From the NCBI GenBank assembly GCA_963665665.1, contig OY762428.1, forward strand, positions 1,792,001-1,856,000: 64,000 nt of DNA. Reading direction: 5' to 3'. The notes under the pieces are model-generated. The model ran no database searches and was not told the DNA's origin. It saw only the letters and a program-made list of their open reading frames with translations. This DNA is from Candidatus Kapaibacterium sp. GTDB lineage: Bacteria > Bacteroidota > Ignavibacteria > Kapaibacteriales > UBA2268. The position numbers and the translations under genes were made by a program. This document shows positions 58,299 to 64,000 of the stretch, in pieces; the first letter of the stretch is position 1, and each line of letters begins with the position of its first letter.

Positions 58299-59618
58299 AT
58301 GAAAAAGAAAAAAATATATATAGAAACCTATGGCTGCCAGATGAATCTGAATGATTCCGAAATAGTTTCATCCATCATGAAAGACGATGGTTATGAAATA
58401 TCAGCCAGCCCGGAAGAAGCAGACCTTGTTTTGCTGAATACATGCTCTGTCAGGGATAATGCAGAACAAACCATAATTAAAAGAATGGATAACCTGCGCC
58501 ATTTGAAGAAAGCCAATAAAAACTTGAAATTCGGGATACTTGGCTGTATGGCAGAAAGGTTAAGAGAAAAATTACTTGATAAAACCCCGGATGTGCAGAT
58601 TATTGTCGGGCCTGATGAATACCGGCGTCTGCCCGAGCTTGTAAATTTTGCCGAATCGGGGGAAACGGGTATTGCTGTTAAGCTCAGCAGGGTAGAAACT
58701 TATGAGGATATTCAACCGCTAAGGACGAGCGGGCTAAGTGCCTGGCTTTCCATCATGCGCGGATGCAATAATTTTTGCACCTACTGCATAGTGCCTTATA
58801 CCAGGGGCAGGGAACGTTCGCGAAACATGGACTCGATTATTGACGAAGTTAAAAAGCTTGAGCAGGATGGTTTCAGGGAAGTAACCCTGCTGGGACAGAA
58901 TGTTAATTCCTTCAGGGATCGTGAAAGCGGGGCCGGATTCCCGGAACTTATTGATAAATGTGCCCGTTCAGTACCGGAATTGAGGATCAGGTTCGTTACA
59001 TCCCACCCAAAGGACATGAGCGACCAGCTTATTGAAACAATGGCTGCCCATGACAATATTTGCAAGTACATTCATCTTCCTTTCCAGTCAGGCTCAAACA
59101 GGATATTAAAAGCCATGAACAGGGGCTACACTGCCGAACACTATCTTGGAAGAATAGAGAAAATTAAGGAGTTAATGCCCGGATGTTCCCTTTCAACAGA
59201 TATTATCGCGGGATTTCCGGGAGAGAATATCCGCGATCATGAAGCAACGCTTGATATGATCAGGAAAGTACGCTATGACGGCGCTTACATGTTCAGGTAT
59301 TCGCCACGTGAAGGCACAAAAGCATTTAAAATGATTGACGATATTCACGAGGAGGAAAAACTCCGCCGCCTGAACGAGATAATAGCTGTTCAGAATGAGA
59401 TTTCCAAAGAACTGAATACAGAGGAAACCGGGCGTCAGCACCTGGTGCTTGCCGAAGGGCCAAGCAAAAGAAACCCGGATGAATGGCGGGGCAGAACAGA
59501 TAGCAATAAAAATTGTATTTTCCCCAACCCTGATAAGAAAATTAAAGCCGGAGATATTGTAAGGGTAAGAATTATTAGGTCAACAAGCGCTACCTTGTTT
59601 GGTGAACCTGAATGTTAA
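58299..59618 (+). CDS. miaB: tRNA-2-methylthio-N6-dimethylallyladenosine synthase
   Basis: 'TYGCQMN..DSE', 'NTCSVR..AE', radical-SAM 'CNNFCTYC', TRAM domain. Confidence 0.97.
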   Translation: MKKKKIYIETYGCQMNLNDSEIVSSIMKDDGYEISASPEEADLVLLNTCSVRDNAEQTIIKRMDNLRHLKKANKNLKFGILGCMAERLREKLLDKTPDVQIIVGPDEYRRLPELVNFAESGETGIAVKLSRVETYEDIQPLRTSGLSAWLSIMRGCNNFCTYCIVPYTRGRERSRNMDSIIDEVKKLEQDGFREVTLLGQNVNSFRDRESGAGFPELIDKCARSVPELRIRFVTSHPKDMSDQLIETMAAHDNICKYIHLPFQSGSNRILKAMNRGYTAEHYLGRIEKIKELMPGCSLSTDIIAGFPGENIRDHEATLDMIRKVRYDGAYMFRYSPREGTKAFKMIDDIHEEEKLRRLNEIIAVQNEISKELNTEETGRQHLVLAEGPSKRNPDEWRGRTDSNKNCIFPNPDKKIKAGDIVRVRIIRSTSATLFGEPEC

Positions 59619-59924
59619 ATATTGTATCTGAATAAGTTGTCCGACTCCGCCGGCGTGTGTCAGTAATAATAGCTGATTATTATGCTCTTCCGGGTATTTG
59701 ATCCGAAAGTAATAAGGATTGGAAATCTTTTCCTTTTTTGCGTTGGAATATGGACCTCCCGATAAGTAGTTACAGAATACTATTCGCCCTCAGCCGCCCC
59801 GATTTATCGTGGACATGCCAGGCAATAGCATTTGCCTTATTTTTGATTTCTTCAGGGGAATAAGTTTGCTTTTATGGCTGATCAATAATATCAGATAATA
59901 ATTGTTGTGCATTTCTGGAACAAT

Positions 59925-59960
59925 AAAAAACCTTCCGAAAGTAACAGCCCTTCGGAAGGT
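59925..59960 (-). terminator. Intrinsic terminator of the TonB-dependent receptor gene
   Basis: ACCTTCCGAA...TTCGGAAGGT stem with an A run on +. Confidence 0.65.
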
Positions 59961-59981
59961 AAATTATTTGCGGGTTTTCAA

Positions 59982-62450
59982 TTAATAACCGAAATCTACC
60001 ACTTCAGTATCGCCATTTCCGCTGTTACGTTTGCTATCATTGTAATCGTTAAACCTGTAAGTAAGAGTAAGATTTACAACCGGTGATTCTCTTTCAAAGA
60101 TATTGTGGCTGTACATGTATTCTGTCATGTGAGTGTTTTCATGCTTAAAAGATCCGATCAGGCCTCTTGAATTTAAGCTGATAGACAATTTCCTATTGAA
60201 AAGATCCTGGTTAATTGCAGCACCCATCATGAAAAATCCTTTCCGCTCACCCTGAGACGTGATACTCGGGCCACGATAAAATCCGTTTATCTGGAATTTT
60301 GTACCGGTGCTCATAAGCATATATGTTGCCATGAAGCGGGCATCCCAGACTTCCGTGGATGTTTCAACATCACTTTCCACTATATCGCCTTCAATTTCAT
60401 AATGGTAGAAATTACCGGAAAGATTAAGGTTCAGCATTTTCATCGGCATATAATTAATCATAGCTTCAGCACCTATCGAGCGATCCTCGTTCAGGTTTTC
60501 TGAAGTAAAGACAACAACTTCGTCTTCTCTGACATTAGCTACTCTGTCAATTTTATTTTTTGTATGCCTGTAATATCCTTCAAGGGATATGAACGATCCG
60601 TTGAAGTTTTTCTGAATACCCAGCTCATAAGAATCTGTATATTCAGGCTCCAGGTCGGGATTACCCTGGCGGACAGTATATTGATCCATGTACATCAGGA
60701 ATGGTTCAAGGTCGTGTCCGCGGGGACGTCTGATCCTTCGGCTGTAACCGCCGAGAGCCTGCAGGCCGTCACCCATATCAAACGACATGTGAAGAGTCGG
60801 GAAGAAATCCACCCTGTCAATTTTATATTCTTCATTAGTCTCGGTCAGGTCCATTAGCCTGTAGGTATATTCCCCGCGAAGCCCGAGCTGATAGCCAAGG
60901 TTACCGAACATGGAACCCCACATAGCATATAAGGAGTGAATATTCCTGGTAAAATCCATATAATTAGAAAAAGCATCGCTTTTTACCCAATCACTAACAT
61001 CCGAATCCCATTCGGAGAAGATATAATCTTCCTGATCGTGATCAAGCCTGGCCTGGTATCCGGCTTCAAATTTTGAATCCTCATCAACGGGATAAACATA
61101 GTCAGCTTTCAGCCTTATATCTCTGGTTTCCTCATCTTCGGTTGACCTGATCATCTCAGGGTTATCATCAGAAATTATAAAATTCTGATCTGTAATATAA
61201 TTGATCTGGTCGTCGCCATCACTGGCATCCCTCATAGACAGATAGCCGGTGATATTGATCTGATGGCCCAAATCATCGAATTTGTGAAGGAGATCAAAAT
61301 TTCCCGAAACATAATCTCTTGTTCTTGTTCCTATAGCTTTGCTCAGCTCGTATTCATGTTCTGTCTCAACAGAGGGAGAAGACCATACCTCAAGCCTGTT
61401 CCGGCGAATTCTTTCAAAATCGTGAGAGCCGGTGCTCATTTCAAGGGTCATGTTAGTCATATCACTGATATCGAATCCGACACCGCCTTTTACAGACCAT
61501 GATTTTCTGTTATGGCCTCCATCCATGTCCGCATCCTGATAATTAGTAGTATCTGTCAGGAATGTTTCACGATAAACCAGTCCTTCGCCGTGATATCTGT
61601 CGTCACGCCAGTCGCCGCCGATAAAGGCATTCCATGATTTTGCCCTGTAATTGAATACCCCGTCAACACCGTATTTATCCCTTGTTCCGATTTTTACGTT
61701 TGCAATTCCGTTTACGCCGGCCTCGAAATCATCTTTCAGAACAACGTTGATAATACCAGCCATTCCGTCAGGATCATACTTGGCTGAAGGATTTGTGATA
61801 AGTTCAATATTATTTATCATTTCCGACGGAATCTGCTCCAGGCCGTCAGTACCCTGAATAGGGCTGGGCCTGCCGTTAACAAAAAGGGTAAAGTTCTCGC
61901 TGCCCCTAAGCGATACATTACCATCAACATCAACAGTCACAGAAGGAACGTTCTCGAGTGCCTGTACTGCTGTTCCTCCCTTTGCCGAAATATCATTAGC
62001 AACGTTAACGATTTTCCTGTCCATCTTAAATTCAATTCTTTCACGCTCGGCTGTTACTTCAACTCCCTGGGATTGCTCCGCTGACTGATTAAGTTTAACC
62101 TGCCCCATATCAACAACTTTGTTTTTGGGAGTTACCATGATATTCTGAACAATTTTCCTCTTGAAGCCAATAAATTTAATATCAATATAAAATTTTCCGT
62201 AAGGAACTTTTTCAAGTTTGAAATTACCCTGCTGATCAGCAATTCCGCCTGTTACCTGGCTTGAATCCCTCATGCTGTACAAAATTACAGTTGCAGAGGG
62301 TAATGGCGAGGATGTTTTACCGTCAATAATCTGACCTGTAATTATACCATTAGCGTTCATTTGCCTGTTTCCCATTCCGCTGCCACGCTGTCCGTAAGCC
62401 GTTGTTAACGAGGCAATAATAATCATAAATACCGCAATGTACCTGCTCAT
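59982..62450 (-). CDS. TonB-dependent receptor-like outer-membrane beta-barrel protein
   Basis: Signal peptide, CarboxypepD_reg-like N-domain, plug 'IELITNPSAKYDPDG.AGIINVVLK', barrel 'GNPDLEPE'. Confidence 0.9.
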   Translation of the reverse strand: MSRYIAVFMIIIASLTTAYGQRGSGMGNRQMNANGIITGQIIDGKTSSPLPSATVILYSMRDSSQVTGGIADQQGNFKLEKVPYGKFYIDIKFIGFKRKIVQNIMVTPKNKVVDMGQVKLNQSAEQSQGVEVTAERERIEFKMDRKIVNVANDISAKGGTAVQALENVPSVTVDVDGNVSLRGSENFTLFVNGRPSPIQGTDGLEQIPSEMINNIELITNPSAKYDPDGMAGIINVVLKDDFEAGVNGIANVKIGTRDKYGVDGVFNYRAKSWNAFIGGDWRDDRYHGEGLVYRETFLTDTTNYQDADMDGGHNRKSWSVKGGVGFDISDMTNMTLEMSTGSHDFERIRRNRLEVWSSPSVETEHEYELSKAIGTRTRDYVSGNFDLLHKFDDLGHQINITGYLSMRDASDGDDQINYITDQNFIISDDNPEMIRSTEDEETRDIRLKADYVYPVDEDSKFEAGYQARLDHDQEDYIFSEWDSDVSDWVKSDAFSNYMDFTRNIHSLYAMWGSMFGNLGYQLGLRGEYTYRLMDLTETNEEYKIDRVDFFPTLHMSFDMGDGLQALGGYSRRIRRPRGHDLEPFLMYMDQYTVRQGNPDLEPEYTDSYELGIQKNFNGSFISLEGYYRHTKNKIDRVANVREDEVVVFTSENLNEDRSIGAEAMINYMPMKMLNLNLSGNFYHYEIEGDIVESDVETSTEVWDARFMATYMLMSTGTKFQINGFYRGPSITSQGERKGFFMMGAAINQDLFNRKLSISLNSRGLIGSFKHENTHMTEYMYSHNIFERESPVVNLTLTYRFNDYNDSKRNSGNGDTEVVDFGY

Positions 62451-62600
62451 TGTTTCTCCGTTATAATACATTTATCCAACAACATACTATTTGACACTCT
62501 GCCAGATAAAAAGTTTATTTATTAAATCCAAGGTAACGAAATATTAAAAATTATATTATCGAGATGTAATATAGTATTACCCGCAAATATCAAAAATACT

Positions 62601-62628
62601 AAAAAAGCCCCTGACAAAAGGGGCTTTT
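62601..62628 (-). terminator. Intrinsic terminator of rpsP
   Basis: AAAAAAGCCCCT-GACAAA-AGGGGCTTTT. Confidence 0.8.
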
Positions 62629-62648
62629 CATGAAATATTTCGATGAAT

Positions 62649-63074
62649 TTATTCTGCTTTTGCAGCTTCTTCTTCAGCTTTCTTTGCTTCTTCTTCGGCT
62701 TTTTTCTTAGCTTCGGCTCTATCTTTGCGTTTTTGTTTCAGCCTGTAATACCTTTCAAGAGCATTTTTCTTATGTGCTTCAACAGCTTCGTCAATTTCTG
62801 CAGCAGGTTTGTTCTTGAATTCAAGAGCACGGCGGAGCATAACGCCTTCCTGTTTTAGGATTCTGCCAACGATCTCCGAAGGCTGAGCACCAACGTTAAG
62901 CCAATAGATTGCTCTTTCAGGCTCGATAGTAACAGTATTCGGGTTTGTGTTAGGATCGTAAAATCCGATTCTTTCGATAAAAGCGCCGTCGCGGCGTTTA
63001 CGTTTGTCAATTGCTACGATATCATATACCGCGTGGTGAATTCTTCCTTTTCTTCTTAACCTAAGTCTTACCAT
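62649..63074 (-). CDS. rpsP: 30S ribosomal protein S16 (long C-terminal extension)
   Basis: 'MVRLRLRRKGR', 'RRDGAFIERIGFYDP', 'WLNVGAQPSE'. Confidence 0.97.
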   Translation of the reverse strand: MVRLRLRRKGRIHHAVYDIVAIDKRKRRDGAFIERIGFYDPNTNPNTVTIEPERAIYWLNVGAQPSEIVGRILKQEGVMLRRALEFKNKPAAEIDEAVEAHKKNALERYYRLKQKRKDRAEAKKKAEEEAKKAEEEAAKAE

Positions 63075-63120
63075 TGTAGTAACCTTGATTTTAATTTAAA
63101 AATTTCAGTAATTTATAAAA

Positions 63121-64000
63121 TCAGAAACCGAAACCTTTTGGAAGGCCGAACCCCTTCATAAAACGGGATTTTTTGCCCTTGGTAAGGTTTTTCATCATTT
63201 TATTCATTTCATCAAACTGCTTCAGAAGTCGGTTAACATCCTGAATTTGAGTTCCGCTTCCTTTGGCAATTCTTTTCCTGCGCGAACCATTAATAATTTT
63301 CGGCTTGGCTCTTTCGGCTTTTGTCATTGAATGTATAATAGCTTCAACGCGGTTGAAAGCTTTATCGTCAACCTGAACGTTTCTTAGAGCTTTATCCATA
63401 CCCGGGATCATACCAAGCAGATCTCTTACAGAACCCATTTTCTTGATAGTTTTCAGCTGGTCAAGGAAATCGTCGAAAGTAAACTGGTTCTTGCGGATTT
63501 TTTCTTCAATCTTTTCTGCTTCTTTTTTGTCTATCTGTGCTTCAGCCTTTTCCACGAGTGTCAGAACGTCACCCATACCAAGGATACGGGAGGCAATCCT
63601 TTCCGGGTGGAATGGCTCAAGTGCATCAACCTTTTCACCGACACCGACATATTTAATCGGCTGGCCGACAACATTAAGAACAGACAACGCGGCACCGCCC
63701 CTGGTATCACCGTCAAGTTTAGTAAGTACGATACCTGTCAGGCTGAGTTTTTCATGAAAGGCTTTGGCTGTGGTAACAGCATCCTGGCCGATCATGGCGT
63801 CGCAAACGAAAAGTGTTTCCGTGGGATTGATGGAAGTTGATATATTTTCCACTTCGTTCATCATCATTTCATCGATAGTCAGTCGTCCGGCAGTATCGAC
63901 GATAACAACGTCACGGGCAAATTTCTTTGCGTAGGACAGGGCTTCTTTTGCTATTTCTACAGCATCGCGGTTTTCTGTGTTGTAAACCGGGATTTTTATG
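63121..64000 (-). CDS. ffh: Signal recognition particle protein (5' part outside the window)
   Basis: 'DTAGR' at about 63900-63886, 'TKLDGDTRGGAALS', 'FHPERIASRILGMGD', M-domain 'SRRKRIAKGSG'. Confidence 0.97.
   Translation of the reverse strand, partial: IKIPVYNTENRDAVEIAKEALSYAKKFARDVVIVDTAGRLTIDEMMMNEVENISTSINPTETLFVCDAMIGQDAVTTAKAFHEKLSLTGIVLTKLDGDTRGGAALSVLNVVGQPIKYVGVGEKVDALEPFHPERIASRILGMGDVLTLVEKAEAQIDKKEAEKIEEKIRKNQFTFDDFLDQLKTIKKMGSVRDLLGMIPGMDKALRNVQVDDKAFNRVEAIIHSMTKAERAKPKIINGSRRKRIAKGSGTQIQDVNRLLKQFDEMNKMMKNLTKGKKSRFMKGFGLPKGFGF

Noticed and set aside
59620-59900. ncRNA (e.g. SRP RNA) in the miaB-receptor gap, including CCCCGATTTATCGTGG
   Set aside because: No SRP domain IV motif was found; only one weak, imperfect palindrome, which is not enough to call.
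17-63840. Numerous short ORF-track entries antisense to or overlapping long genes (e.g. 294-719, 17368-17934, 20143-20775, 27189-27845)
   Set aside because: They are shadow ORFs of well-supported genes and show no recognisable motifs.

Overview
The window is AT-rich bacterial chromosomal DNA. Gene content (SprA, many T9SS C-terminal-domain proteins, long RpsP, Shine-Dalgarno-type starts) suggests an FCB-group organism such as Ignavibacteria or Ca. Kapabacteria; this is inferred, not a database result. Housekeeping genes include rnpA, rpmH, ccmB, a peroxiredoxin, an NfnAB/SudBA-type electron-bifurcating transhydrogenase, comEA, miaB, rpsP and a partial ffh. There is a rich secretome: the T9SS translocon SprA, about seven T9SS substrates and three IgGFc-binding-domain proteins. 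Two non-coding systems stand out. (1) At about 42.16-43.58 kb there is an integrase-less array of two integron-like gene cassettes (an HNH-like nuclease and a membrane protein). They are delimited by a non-canonical 131-bp attC-like hairpin, GTT crossover cores and a second, truncated attC-like copy. (2) At about 29.47-31.68 kb a lone Y1/HUH transposase sits in a mosaic of 13 C-GTA-G triloop hairpins. These have covarying stems and exact 52-nt spacing, and include 'empty' copies in which 9 nt replace the transposase ORF. Several other palindromic REP-like elements, a candidate structured RNA and two apparent pseudo-enzymes are also noted. I recognised no rRNA, tRNA or CRISPR array.
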